In this document: piece by piece, positions 33,962-45,574 of the stretch
How the letters are laid out: every line of letters starts with the position of its first letter
Position numbering within the stretch: position 1 is the stretch's first letter
DNA from: Corallochytrium limacisporum Hawaii
Lineage: Eukaryota; Protista; Pluriformea
Length of the DNA: 64,000 nucleotides
NCBI GenBank assembly: GCA_002811645.1
Contig: PDIP01000259.1
Span: forward strand, 1-64,000
Direction of reading: 5' to 3'
Position numbers and translations under genes: made by a program
Notes under the pieces: generated by a model
Seen by the model: only the letters and a program-made list of their open reading frames with translations
Database searches by the model: none
Told to the model about the DNA's origin: nothing

Positions 33962-33981
33962 TTAAATACCTCTAGATGCAC
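33962..33981 (-). promoter_or_regulatory. Histone promoter element GTGCATCT-N3-GGTATTTAA (H4 copy)
   Basis: 17/20 identical to 37981-38000; both copies end about 90 bp before their ATG. Confidence 0.75.
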
Positions 33982-36900
33982 CCTTCGTATTTTTGACCCT
34001 TGAACCCTTAACAACTGTTCAAAGTTCTCAGTTGGACGTGAACAGAAACCATTTCTCTTTTCTCTACAATATTTCGCGGACTTTGTTCACTCCACCACAT
34101 CTGCTTACAGTCCCTTGCCCTTTTTGCGCGCCGAAATACGGGCCCAAGTGCACAGGTTCGTTGTCGCCGACAACGATAGCGCCAAGGTCACGGTCCCTGG
34201 AACTGAGTCCCCCCTCCCCCCCAAATTGCTGGCACACGAAGTCTGGGCTTCCCGGCACATCCGTACAAGGCCGGCACAGGCCGGGAGGTTAGAAGGTATC
34301 TGATTTGATGAATTTAATAGTGAATATATGAAGACATTTCCAACAGTTTGGTTCTTTTATTCGCTACCCTGGTGGCTTTGCCACGGCTCCGCAATCGGAC
34401 GTCGATAGGGACGATCGGGGTCAATGCTATCCCTTTCCCCCTCACTCCGATTTCGTTCCTGAGTTGAAGGGGAGGACGAAAGACAACGCGAAATGTGTAG
34501 TACATTTAATATAGTCTCCGGACCCGGTGCTAAATTGGTCGTTCAGACCGCCGTTTTGGGATCGAAAGTCCGCGGAATATACCTGGCTCAGTCTCGTCAA
34601 GCCGTCCACCTTCGATTTGCGGTGGCCCGACGATGCCGTTAACATGCAGACGGAACGTGGTTTTTCTTGTGCTGTGGTCAGCATGTTACAGGTAAATGTA
34701 CCGGATCCATGGGTGCCTTAGAATTTTATTCTAGCATTCCATTTCCCTCTATTTCAAGGGTCTCCTTCTAGCATCCACACTGCGTCTTCCTATCTCTCCA
34801 AATGAAGTCTGGCCTGCATGTTGATGTATCGAGAAACAGGCTTACACAGTACTGAGTCGCCAGGATTTGTTTCTGTTTGTCCCATTTCTTCCCTTGCCTA
34901 CTTCTCCCAATTTAGAGTGTGTTGCCAACGTACCAGACACTCGGACCTGACCCCGACTCTGATATCGATAGGTCCTCCACCCGCATCCACACCACATTTC
35001 ACTAGTAAACATGTGTCTATAATGCGAGTAAAGGGTACACATCCACAAGATACGTCAAAGTAAGACTGTTCGAAAGAATCCATGATGTTACAAGCCTTGG
35101 TGCACCATATTTCGTTTCAAGCCAATGGCGGTGGCGCCCAAAAAAATGGAGAACCAAATAGTTCCGCAGAATATTTTCTCTTGCCAATGCGCGCGAGATA
35201 GCCTTATACCCATAGCTAATCATAGCGAGTTTGTCCTTTCGATCCGATATTTCGAGTCCCTGCCAAACGGTTTGCTGCTCAGCTGTATTTCCTGTCATTG
35301 TGCGGAGGGAAGGATGGATGTCCTATTGATCAGTAAAGAATTTTTGCCGTCTGTTGCGATGCGTTCGTTGTGGGCATGCACAAGGTGCCTGAAGGCTCCG
35401 TTCTGTGGTAATTGTTGAGGATGGCGACAAGATATTTCTCATTCGCTTCCTTAAGTATCTTATGCATAGGTCCTCAAACTCTATATCTGGAAATTTCCAT
35501 AATATGTGTATGGCAGTAGACAGCGAAGTCATGGCAAGTTGGTTGTCGCAGGAAGGGATCAAGTTCGTGTCGTTACCAACCTGAGGGGCAACACCGGACT
35601 CTTCCATCCACAGGGGAAACCCGTTGCCTCTTTGAATTGCACAGCCATCCTATAAACTTCAAAAGTGAATGCAAGTGCTTAATGAGCTATGATGTTCTTA
35701 TGGGTAAAGAATCAAGGTAAAACTTGTGGCGGAGGTCGGGGAGTCACCGCGATATCTTCATTGTTGCTGAGCTTTCTGGGATAGAAGGTCACCCTTTAAC
35801 ACGGAATGTGAAAGACAAGCATCACAGTAGGATGGTATCGGAACACATCATCTCCAGGAAGGACCAAACGGCTATAATATTTGTACGGGTTCTGAAGGTA
35901 AACCAATCTTTGGAGATTAAATTCTTGATGACAGGATCACGGACCCTTGAAATGGAGCTCCAAAAAAAAGAAAGCTCACATCACACTGACGATGCCAAGG
36001 ACTAGCGGGCAGAAAAAAAGTTGTTTACATGCCGAAGCCGCTGTCGCAATCCCGTGGAATTGAGAGCCCTTGTGCATGTCCATAGTTAAAGAACTGAGTT
36101 CTCAGATCAAGTGAAAATGAGGAACGGGAAAAAGGAACCCCCTTTACCTTTCTCCATCTGGACTTGCTGAATTAGGCCGGGGATGGGGAACGCCAGTGGA
36201 CTGTTCGAACTTACAGAGAAAGCGAGGGGCCCGGTGAAGCGGTGGTAACGTCGTCATGCGGGTCCTGATTCCGGACATTTGTTGAACGATGCGTATGTAT
36301 AGTACACGAACTCGAACGAAGAAAGCACCCTTTTCTTGCAGAATACCATCAACCATAAAAGATCTGAAAAACCACGCAACGACGTTGTTGGCACAAATAT
36401 AACACAGCAATGATCCAGAAAGTCAAATCCCGGCTGAGAGAAGAGCATCCTCTTGCTGTCTCCAATCTCGAGACATTGAGAAAAGTTAAGCATGTGGGAG
36501 AACTCATTGAGCGTACGTTATACATTCACTATATTTTTCGTCCAAGTTTCTCATCGCCTAGGTATCCCGAGAGTGTTGGGGTTATCCTAGATCTCGGGAT
36601 TAAGGTCCCCCACTTAGGGGGCGGTAGGCTTTCCAAATTTCGTGTTGTTCTCTGGAACACATCATTAAATGAATTCATTGGATGCATTTTGTCCCTGCCG
36701 TGACTACCATTTGTCATGTGTCTGATACCTCACAAACTTGGCATGATCATGTTGATTATTGCAAAAGTATGGCTGTGTGGATGTTCAACATGTACATCAT
36801 CTGCTTTCCATTGCATGCGTCCGTCCTTGCGCTCTCTCGATGGCAAATGGCATGCATAGGGGGCCACTATCAAAATAAAAGGGCGAGCAAGAAATGCGTC

Positions 36901-37877
36901 ATCGACACTAACGGCTGCAGAGAAGCCTGAGCATTGGCGCAACAGGCAACCCACACCGCAAACTCTACCACGTAGCCTCTTTACCAGTCCAGTTCTGTGA
37001 ACAGACAACAGATAGATGATGTTGCCAATCTGAGTAGAGGTAATCAGGAAAATGGTAGAGGGATTTCTGTGACCAGGAAATTATTGTCGCTATTCCATAT
37101 ACAAGTCTGCCACTGTAGTATCCGTTTCGATCCTTCCCCATGATCAAGGTCCTTTCTCCGCCGTTTATCTTCCGGCTGCAGAGGATGCCTGCTCGATGTA
37201 CAGACGTGATTTTCAAATCGCATGAAAGTGCCCATTCCCTGGTATTCTGTGGTATTCAGAGCCTTATCCGCGAATTGTTGTTGTTGTTGCTTGCAGGTGA
37301 CACCATGCAAGTGGTCAGTGCTTTCAATGCCGAATCCAAGCCCCACCGCACCGAATGTCCGCGTCTGGTACATTCACTACTACAGTAGTTCACTATCCAG
37401 GCAATCCGAAATATTTCTCCTCAGCTTGCATGTTCGCGCCGTATTTTGGCGCCCAGAGTTTTTGATTCACTAAATATATTCAATTTCGACCTTTCGATCC
37501 AAAATTTGCCACGAATTCCGTCCCTTTTGCCAGACGACGAAACTGCGCGCAACCAACAATGTACCGGTGGAAAATATTTGAGAACAGTGCGGACTGCTTT
37601 GTCCGCTCATGAGCTTGTTTAGAATCGACGCTCTGGAAAGTTGATAAATTATGTACTAGAAACTGACCAATCTGAACAAATGGAGGGGTAGCCAGCGAGG
37701 TGGGAGGGCTTGCGAGTGTCTCGAAGCCGGAGGAAACTGGAAGGGGTCGTGGGTGAGCGGACTTGGAGGACGGGGTTGCAAAGGTGACACCGCAATGAGC
37801 TTGAACCCGCCAACATCATTGCCCGGCTCCTGTGGCGGACTTTTGCGAGTCACGGCAGCGAGACCTCAGTTGTCCCC

Positions 37878-37888
37878 TTGGCGCCAAA
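37878..37888. promoter_or_regulatory. E2F-type site TTGGCGCCAAA upstream of H2B
   Basis: Matches TTTSSCGC on the minus strand, is near-palindromic and lies 200 bp upstream of the H2B ATG. Confidence 0.5.
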
Positions 37889-37980
37889 GACGAGGGAAAA
37901 ATTGGACATTGGACCCTCGATGACAATAGTGCAAACCCCCAAGAGGCGCGTACGATACAATGGGGTTGATTCTAGTGGAT

Positions 37981-38000
37981 GTGCATCTCTGGGTATTTAA
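37981..38000 (+). promoter_or_regulatory. Histone promoter element GTGCATCT-N3-GGTATTTAA (H2B copy)
   Basis: Matches the H4 copy and includes a TATA-like TATTTAA. Confidence 0.75.
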
Positions 38001-38088
38001 ATAGATCTACGTTCCCTACTGTCGTAGCGTCGCCGTGATAGATCAGACACTTGATATCTCATATCCAGTTCAACTTAAATCATTCATC

Positions 38089-38457
38089 ATGCCTCCAGTT
38101 GCATCCAAGAAGGGCGAGAAGAAGGCCGCCGGCAAGAAGGGCGGAGACAAGGGCGGTAAGCGCAAGAAGGCCCGCAAGGAGTCTTACTCCATCTACATCT
38201 ACAAGGTTCTGAAGCAGGTCCACCCCGACACTGGTATCTCCAACAAGGCTATGCTTATCATGAACTCCTTCGTTTCTGACATCTTCGAGCGCGTCGCCAA
38301 CGAGGCTTCTCGTCTTGCCAAATACAACAAGAAGTCCACCATCACCTCCCGGGAGATTCAGACTGCTGTCCGTCTGCTTCTGCCTGGTGAGCTGGCCAAG
38401 CATGCCGTCTCTGAGGGTACCAAGGCCGTCACCAAGTACACCTCCTCCAAGAACTAA
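38089..38457 (+). CDS. H2B: Histone H2B
   Basis: '[53 protein letters not shown]'. Start at ATG 38089. Confidence 0.99.
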   Translation: MPPVASKKGEKKAAGKKGGDKGGKRKKARKESYSIYIYKVLKQVHPDTGISNKAMLIMNSFVSDIFERVANEASRLAKYNKKSTITSREIQTAVRLLLPGELAKHAVSEGTKAVTKYTSSKN

Positions 38458-38762
38458 ACAGCCTGCCCGTTATCAATATTTCGGTGAGATGACTGTGGTC
38501 TAAAACAGTTCAACGAGGTGTGTATTTGTCATTGACATTTTCATCAATTCCATGCCCATGACTTCCATCACTTCTAGTGAGTCTCATTGCACATGATTTC
38601 CACACCCAACTTTTTTTTTCTTTTTTTTTTGGCTTTTTTTTTCACCTGGCCAAGCAAATTCGAACTACAATACACCGCTAGTTGTACGAGTGCCATGACC
38701 ACCGTGGCATTTGGCCCCTCGTGGGTATAAAGTGAACATCATGTTATCATGTTTATTCCTAA

Positions 38763-39605
38763 CTAAACAATGGAAACTAATAGCCAGATCACTAGAGCAG
38801 CCGCGGCGAGAATGGTGGCTCCTAGCATATACCACCTCAATGGTCCGCAGCAAGAGCACAACAATAATGTACTGACCAGGCACGCCCTGCTCCCATCGTA
38901 TTTAGCCCTAAAGAATTGACCACCAATCGGTCCATGTAGGTTGTTGCGAGCCATGAAGGCCTGAACTTTGAATCCGAACCTGCCTTTAGTGACCTGCTCC
39001 GGCTGAATGAACTCTTCTTGGCGGAATGTGAAGAAACAGTAGCGATGTGCTCCCGTACGGGCAGGTGGGATCGGTGGATGCCAAGACACCACAGTGGTGC
39101 CATCAGGGACAGAGCTTCCTGGAATGTTTACCACACACCAGTGCAGCACTGGAGGCCGCAATGCTGCGTCCGGATCAAATGCTATCAGGGTGTGGAGTCG
39201 GTGCCCCTCGCCTAGATCACTCGACTCTCCTTCTAGTCTTCGCTGACTGGCCTCTGTATCAAACTCAAGATCGACCTGTGGTGTCTCATAGGCCTCTGCG
39301 GGGGTTACCATCTCTCCAGTATACAGTACCTTTTCCAGTACGGCTGGAAAATGCAAAGTTATGGCACATTGATGATCAATACTAGGCACTACGTCAGGTA
39401 CGAGATTTCGGTCCAATCTCTCGAATGTAAATTGAGAAAAGGTGGATCTAAGAGTCAAAATCGCACCCCGCAGATTTGCTCCGTATTGGCTCTGCGGCGC
39501 CATGAACTGATGAATATATGCGGACAACCCGGAACGGTCCGTCTCATTTTCATCTGAGTCGAGACCCAAAAGGCGCTCCCTAGGTGAGTCCACCTGGCTG
39601 GACAT
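38763..39605 (-). CDS. PEBP/RKIP family protein with C-terminal Cys cluster and TM anchor
   Basis: DPDA, 'HWCVVNIPG', 'PP..TGAHRYCFFTFRQ'; the ORF ends in a hydrophobic helix. Confidence 0.9.
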   Translation of the reverse strand: MSSQVDSPRERLLGLDSDENETDRSGLSAYIHQFMAPQSQYGANLRGAILTLRSTFSQFTFERLDRNLVPDVVPSIDHQCAITLHFPAVLEKVLYTGEMVTPAEAYETPQVDLEFDTEASQRRLEGESSDLGEGHRLHTLIAFDPDAALRPPVLHWCVVNIPGSSVPDGTTVVSWHPPIPPARTGAHRYCFFTFRQEEFIQPEQVTKGRFGFKVQAFMARNNLHGPIGGQFFRAKYDGSRACLVSTLLLCSCCGPLRWYMLGATILAAAALVIWLLVSIV

Positions 39606-41433
39606 TGTGACTACAGGCGGTCTTGACTACGAAATGTGCTAAATTACGGCCGGCAGTCTACATTTTTGAGACCATGAATAAAATTGTAGCTATCTACCCT
39701 TACATGTCTCGTTGTTTGACAACTTTTCCGGAGGATTAGTCTGTGGTAATGTGTGTGAGTGGTCACGTAATATTGTCGTCACAGAGATTCCATCACACTT
39801 CATATAGCACTAATTTGAGCACAGATAGCTGGTGATCAGGCCAGTACACATAGCATAAACGCGTACTTGTGTAGAGCATATAAGTAGAATTCACCCCGAA
39901 GAAGGTGCCACAAGCAACTTTATAATTTCCCAATGGCGTTAAGGTGGGTTCCTCCGCTGTCTCTGCGTCGCGGGTCTGGGCAGGCAGCATCATCAGCAGC
40001 AGTCCGGGCAGAGCCACTCTTGCCAACACCCCGGAGGGCACCCCCAACCGCTGAACACCTGGCTTCCCCTCACTCTACAGCTCTTACCCTCCGCGACATA
40101 TCCAATATCCTTAGTTTGGTCCTCCCACTTTGCTCGGAAATTGTAAAAAATCATCGCCCGCTGGCTGCCTGGCTGGCCGCTGGCCCTGCACGGCGAGGCT
40201 ACATCACCCCCCGCTGGTGCGCTCGCTATCAGGGAGCAAACCTGCCGCGCTCCCCCTCCCCCCAACAACACACATCGCTTAGCGGTCCGGCCGGTCGAGT
40301 CAATTCCCTCTAATTGAAATCGAAGAAACTTGTAAATCAGTTCATTCAATACTAACAATGGGCACCAAACATTCCAATCACAGTTTTAATCGGAGAATAC
40401 GGCAACTCGTAGCAATGGTCCCCTGGTACTTAATATATTGGAAATGTCATGAGAAGTTGGGAAATATGAGTACAACCAGTATTGCAACCGCTAGAGTGGC
40501 TAATCCTTTTCTCACGCTGCTTGGGGCCCAACTGCCCGTCATTCCCCGTACTGAATATACCGCGCGCCTGTGCCTACCAAGCTCCTTCGTGTTCTCAGTG
40601 CGCAGTCGAAGGCGATGGATGTGGCGTTTTGGGGTCTGAAGTGGCTGCCGACTGGAGATGGCGACCGCACCTGCCGTTGTGTATGCAAATCACCGGTATC
40701 CCTTCATCCCCATCCGCGCGTCTGGACCTCAAAGATAGATTGAGTTGGATGGAATGATGACCCTTTTAGGATGCTCAGACTGTGGCAGCGGATGGCATCG
40801 TGATACACCGGGAATTTTTCGAAACGTGTGGGTGCGAATATTTTGCGAACTTGAGCAGATGACTTCTTGCTCATCATACATATACGCGTGCGCTTCATTG
40901 GATGTGCAACTCCTCTCATAGTGTTTCTCGTGGGTGCGGAGAGATTTGTATAAAGGTCAGTGGGCTGCCGCATACCGGATTATAACCGGAGGAGTGGAAT
41001 CAAAGCTTGCGGAAACTGCAGAAAGCAAGTGATACACTTCCAAGGAGGAAGTCCACTGTGGGAGAGGTTTGGAGTCGGCAGCGGCGGGTTCAGGGGTGAG
41101 TGGGGCCTAAGGCTACGGTTGTGTGTTGTGTGTAATAACCAATGCTTCGTACCCGTCCCTATCTGCTGATGGGCAAGAAAATTATGAATTTGGGGGGGGG
41201 ATTGTCTGGGCGACGATGTGGTTTTTGTCGAAGTCCAGCTGGTATTGTTGGCGTTGCGTTTGCTGATGGCTCCCACACTTTACTTCAGTTCGCTACGCAC
41301 ATTCGTATAGGTGTTTGATGTGCACAGGTACTCGTGGCCTAAGCATTTCTATCTGAAGGCACTACAACAGCCGATACTTGAGTTCCTGTGTTGATCTGTG
41401 AACACCAGAACGAAAACTCAAGGTAGAATCACC

Positions 41434-42792
41434 ATGACAAAGTCCAATCTGTCCGGTATTGTAGAGGAGGATGGCCTGAAGTACATTCCTGGTCATGGCA
41501 ACATGTGTGCCTCCGAGGCAGTAGACGGTGCGCTGCCGATCGGCATGAACAGTCCACAGGTCTGCCCCTACGGTCTGTACGCTGAGCAACTGAGCGGCAC
41601 AGCGTTTACTGCCCCCCGGGTCGTGAACAAGCGCACCTGGCTCTATCGGATCCTTCCCAGTGTCAGCCATAAACCCTTCACCGCGGTTGAGGGCAGCCAC
41701 GTTACCCACGACTGGGAGTCATGGAAACCTAACCCAAACCAGATGCGCTGGAAGCCATTTGATCATCCAGCAGACGGAGAGACCAAGGACTTCGTCGAAG
41801 GTCTGTACACTGTGGCCGGTGCCGGTGACCCCAAGGTCAGGCACGGCTGTGTGATCCACATCTTCAGTTGCAACACTGGCATGTCGGGGCGGGACCGAGC
41901 CTTCTGCAACGCGGACGGCCACTTCCTGATCGTGCCGCAGTCCCGCAAGCTAGAGATCATCACAGAGATGGGCAAGCTTGTGGTCAAACCGAATGAGATT
42001 TGTGTGATTCCCAGGGGTATTCGCTTTGCTGTGGATGTAGACGGACCTGCCCGAGGCTACATCCTCGAAGTCTTTGGTAGTGACTTCCGCATTCCTGATC
42101 TTGGACCTATCGGTGCAAACGGTCTAGCTAATCCCCAGGACTTTCTGAACCCTACAGCGTGGTATGAAGACCGCGAGTGCACTTTCACAGTCATGCATAA
42201 ATATCAGGGCCAATTGTTTGCGGCCGAGCAAGGCTTCAGTCCGTTCAATGTTGTCGCCTGGCGCGGTAACTACACTCCCTACAAGTACGACTTGAGCCGT
42301 TTCAACGCCATGAACTCGGTAACCTTCGACCATGCGGATCCCTCGATTTTCACCGTCCTGACCGCGCCGTCCCTGGAGCCTGGCACTGCCGTCGCTGATT
42401 TTGTCATCTTTCCGCCGCGCTGGGGCGTGGCCAACGACACCTTCCGCCCCCCTTATTTCCATCGCAATGCAATGAGCGAGTTCATGGGACTGATTCTCGG
42501 TGAATACGAGGCCAAGAAGGACGGCTTCTTGCCTGGTGGTGGATCTTTGCATTCGATGATGACCCCACATGGACCAGATGTCAAAACCTTTGAGGGGGCA
42601 AGTCGCGCAGATCTTAAACCGGAACGGGTTGCCGAGGGTACCCAGGCATTCATGTTCGAGTCCTCACTGGGCCTGGCCCTAACCAAGTGGGGCGAAGAAA
42701 CTTGCCATAAGGTCGACCCGAAGTACTACGAGGTTTGGCAGGGTATGAAGAAGTATTTTGACCCCACGAAGCGTGACATGAAGCTGCCCTAA
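41434..42792 (+). CDS. HGD: Homogentisate 1,2-dioxygenase
   Basis: '[16 protein letters not shown]', '[12 protein letters not shown]', '[19 protein letters not shown]' and '[12 protein letters not shown]'. Start at ATG 41434. Confidence 0.98.
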   Translation: MTKSNLSGIVEEDGLKYIPGHGNMCASEAVDGALPIGMNSPQVCPYGLYAEQLSGTAFTAPRVVNKRTWLYRILPSVSHKPFTAVEGSHVTHDWESWKPNPNQMRWKPFDHPADGETKDFVEGLYTVAGAGDPKVRHGCVIHIFSCNTGMSGRDRAFCNADGHFLIVPQSRKLEIITEMGKLVVKPNEICVIPRGIRFAVDVDGPARGYILEVFGSDFRIPDLGPIGANGLANPQDFLNPTAWYEDRECTFTVMHKYQGQLFAAEQGFSPFNVVAWRGNYTPYKYDLSRFNAMNSVTFDHADPSIFTVLTAPSLEPGTAVADFVIFPPRWGVANDTFRPPYFHRNAMSEFMGLILGEYEAKKDGFLPGGGSLHSMMTPHGPDVKTFEGASRADLKPERVAEGTQAFMFESSLGLALTKWGEETCHKVDPKYYEVWQGMKKYFDPTKRDMKLP

Positions 42793-42938
42793 AGTGTTCG
42801 AGGTCCTGGGGCTCGATGGTCTCGTGTCGGCCTCGAAATTCAACATTGCTTTCTTGGCTCTACTTCCTTATGAAGAACAACCCAATCTTTTAACAAGTTT
42901 ACAATATAGTGTAGTGTACAGTCATGCTAAATTTGGTT

Positions 42939-44798
42939 TCAGTCCAGAGTTGGCCGCTTAATTAAGCGCCTGAGTTCCCATCGGTTGCGCATCCACTCGC
43001 TGAATGAGCGACCACGGATGATCCGTTCCTCACTACGCAAATACGCGTGGTAGACCATGAGCCACCAGTAGCGTTCTAGGTAATTGATGCCACGTATATA
43101 CCATTCTTTGGCCGGCATCTGCTGGTTCCAAAGGGTCTCCTTGATCTCACGTTCTTCCGGAACTTCTTGCGTGAGTGCATCAAACTCCCAATTGTTGCCG
43201 TAGTCGGCATCTTCTAATCCGCTGTCCACTGATGCAGTATTTTCTACCATCTCCGAGGCTAGTTTGGCTAGATGGTGCTCCTGTTCATGCCTCTCCGCAA
43301 GGATGCCTTTGATTTTGCACTCAAGAATGGCCAGGCGGAGGTTCTGCATTTGTGCGCACTGATCGATGGCTTCGTCAACATCATCTTTGATCTCCGTGCC
43401 CTGTACAAGGTGATCCACCAAAGCGGTGATTGTTGCATAATTGCCATCTGCGAGTCTTTGAAGTTCCGCTTCGGTCATGGTGTCGTCTGCAAGCCTGACG
43501 AGCTCCTGGTACTGTTTTTGCACTTCTTGATTCCGTTTCTTCATAGCCTGCGCCGTGGTGGTTGAACCCTTCGGACGGCCCCGTCGCGACTTGGACTGTC
43601 CCAGTGTCGATGGCTGTGTGCGATACTCATCAATGACTTCATGTTCTCTTGAACGACTGCGGGGTTCAGTGCTATTGACGGCCTCCTTCTGTCCCGAGCC
43701 AGCCGTGAACTTCTCAGATGCCGTCTCTTGCACACCCCCCGGGAGAGAGGCTAATTTTTCCTGCGCTTTCAGATACAGATATCCGCAAACCATGGCCGTT
43801 GTGGTTCTTCCACGACCCATCTGGCAGTTAAAGACGAATATTGACTTGCGGGTTGCCTTCATGAATACATCTGTGAGGCTATCAAAGGCAGCAGCGTCCG
43901 GTCCGGACTCGTCAGTGATTGGAATACGAAAATATCGAATGGGTTTTCCTTGCATACGAAGCCCGTAGAAGATCTCCCGCACCGTCTTGAAGGCGTCCGG
44001 ACTGACGACTTCCTCCATTTCCTGGTTGGTCATATCTTCCACCTGATGAATATACTTGAATACATTACCATTGCGAATAGCAGCTGCAACAAGGTCGCCC
44101 CGCAGTCGTGATTCAAGCCTTTCCAAATCAAAGCCTTCAATACCAATCAAATGATCCAAGTTGATATTTAGTGTGTCCGGATCCCGCGGACTGAATGGGC
44201 GACCGTTTACATAGCAAATAGGTTCTTCTCGAAGGTTAATCCACATGATTTGTTCGGCTTTGCTGACCTGCATGATCCTGTCTACAACATGCGCGATACC
44301 AGCATCTGTGGGCTGTGCACATCCCCAGATACGGTTCTGCAGGAGTGATAAATGTCGCAGATTTGGGGCATCCTTTTTGGTATCTTTTCCAGTAATCTTG
44401 TGTATGCCACTGAAATGATCAAATTTCATCAGCTGGTTGAACAGAGCAGGCTCTGAACGATAAATGTCCACCTGCAAATAAACTCCCGATCCCGGTTCCA
44501 CGCTAAAGTCTGTCTTATAGAGAGTGCCATGGGCCTGACTAGCATCCTTCATAGCACGCTCGAGCCTGCCTGTAATTCTTGGCAGGAATGTCCTTTCCAG
44601 AAATGTCTGTGCTGATGAGATATCGATGTCCCAGTACATCATACAGGGTCTATCATGTGTACGTGAGTGTAAAGCTGGGTGGTCCTCGCAAAGTTTTGGT
44701 GGCGCAGTGCGTTTTGGGTAGCTATAGCTCCTTTTCAGGCTCCAGGTAGCTCTATGGGCCAAGCTCAGCTGGCTACCTTTGTGCCACCTTGCCAGCAT
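42939..44798 (-). CDS. Paladin-like PTP/phytase-family phosphatase
   Basis: 'APNLR..GCAQPT', 'WINLREEPICYVNGRPF', 'YFRIPITDE', active site 'FNCQMGRGRTT', 'AIDQCAQMQNLR' and 'YLERY'. Confidence 0.9.
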   Translation of the reverse strand: MLARWHKGSQLSLAHRATWSLKRSYSYPKRTAPPKLCEDHPALHSRTHDRPCMMYWDIDISSAQTFLERTFLPRITGRLERAMKDASQAHGTLYKTDFSVEPGSGVYLQVDIYRSEPALFNQLMKFDHFSGIHKITGKDTKKDAPNLRHLSLLQNRIWGCAQPTDAGIAHVVDRIMQVSKAEQIMWINLREEPICYVNGRPFSPRDPDTLNINLDHLIGIEGFDLERLESRLRGDLVAAAIRNGNVFKYIHQVEDMTNQEMEEVVSPDAFKTVREIFYGLRMQGKPIRYFRIPITDESGPDAAAFDSLTDVFMKATRKSIFVFNCQMGRGRTTTAMVCGYLYLKAQEKLASLPGGVQETASEKFTAGSGQKEAVNSTEPRSRSREHEVIDEYRTQPSTLGQSKSRRGRPKGSTTTAQAMKKRNQEVQKQYQELVRLADDTMTEAELQRLADGNYATITALVDHLVQGTEIKDDVDEAIDQCAQMQNLRLAILECKIKGILAERHEQEHHLAKLASEMVENTASVDSGLEDADYGNNWEFDALTQEVPEEREIKETLWNQQMPAKEWYIRGINYLERYWWLMVYHAYLRSEERIIRGRSFSEWMRNRWELRRLIKRPTLD

Positions 44799-45343
44799 TC
44801 TTCAGTTTCGCTGGTCTTGCCTTCGGTCTAAACTTCCATGTCAACTGTGTCTTTTACAACTAGCAACGTGATCACACGAAAAGGAATTAAAATACGAACA
44901 ATGGTTATCTACCAATTTTCCTACTTGTTGGAGTATCCAGGTTCCGATGTCATAGCTTCAAGTACCCCAAGTCACTTGAGACCCGCACAGGAGACTTGCG
45001 GAAGTGGGTAGGTCACCGCAATAGTTTGTGGTTAATGAGCCTGCCAATGCCTAAGGAATTCCCAGCCCAAACAAACAGGAAGAAAAAGAACCTAACCCTC
45101 ACCCCTCCGTCTATTTTGCAGTTTCGAACTCGTCGACGTCCCGGTTGTTTGGGTATGAAGAAGTGGTTTCGTTTTTGCACGAAGTGGGTTTCTACGATTT
45201 CTTGATTGATTATGCAATCCAGTCATTTTTCTTGCTCTATCACGTATGGACGGTCCAGCGACTTTGATTATGAGCTGAACCATTTTTAGTATGGGAAAGC
45301 GCCCGCTTTGATTCTGTCGGTGGAATACACCCGGCGAGGTCAA

Positions 45344-45352
45344 GGCGCGAAA
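45344..45352. promoter_or_regulatory. E2F-type site GGCGCGAAA upstream of TIPIN
   Basis: Reverse complement TTTCGCGCC, about 225 bp upstream of ATG 45575. Confidence 0.5.
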
Positions 45353-45574
45353 TGTTCGGATGGTTAAGATGGGGTGCTTGTCTTAGCGGGACTGTGGTGT
45401 AGGGGCCACCGTAGTGCGTGTATACCAAGGCCCTAGGTTCGGTTTACCCTAGTATGCATTCACCGAACACATCGCTGACACAACTGGGGTATTTAGACCT
45501 TAACCTGCAAAAAGTTGACACATTTTAATTCATGCTTATATAATTTTGTAAAATCGAAAGAAGACATATACGCG

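Noticed and set aside
39700-41400. 1.8-kb PEBP-HGD divergent spacer with short ORFs
   Set aside because: No coherent reading frame or RNA motif; treated as promoter/leader DNA.
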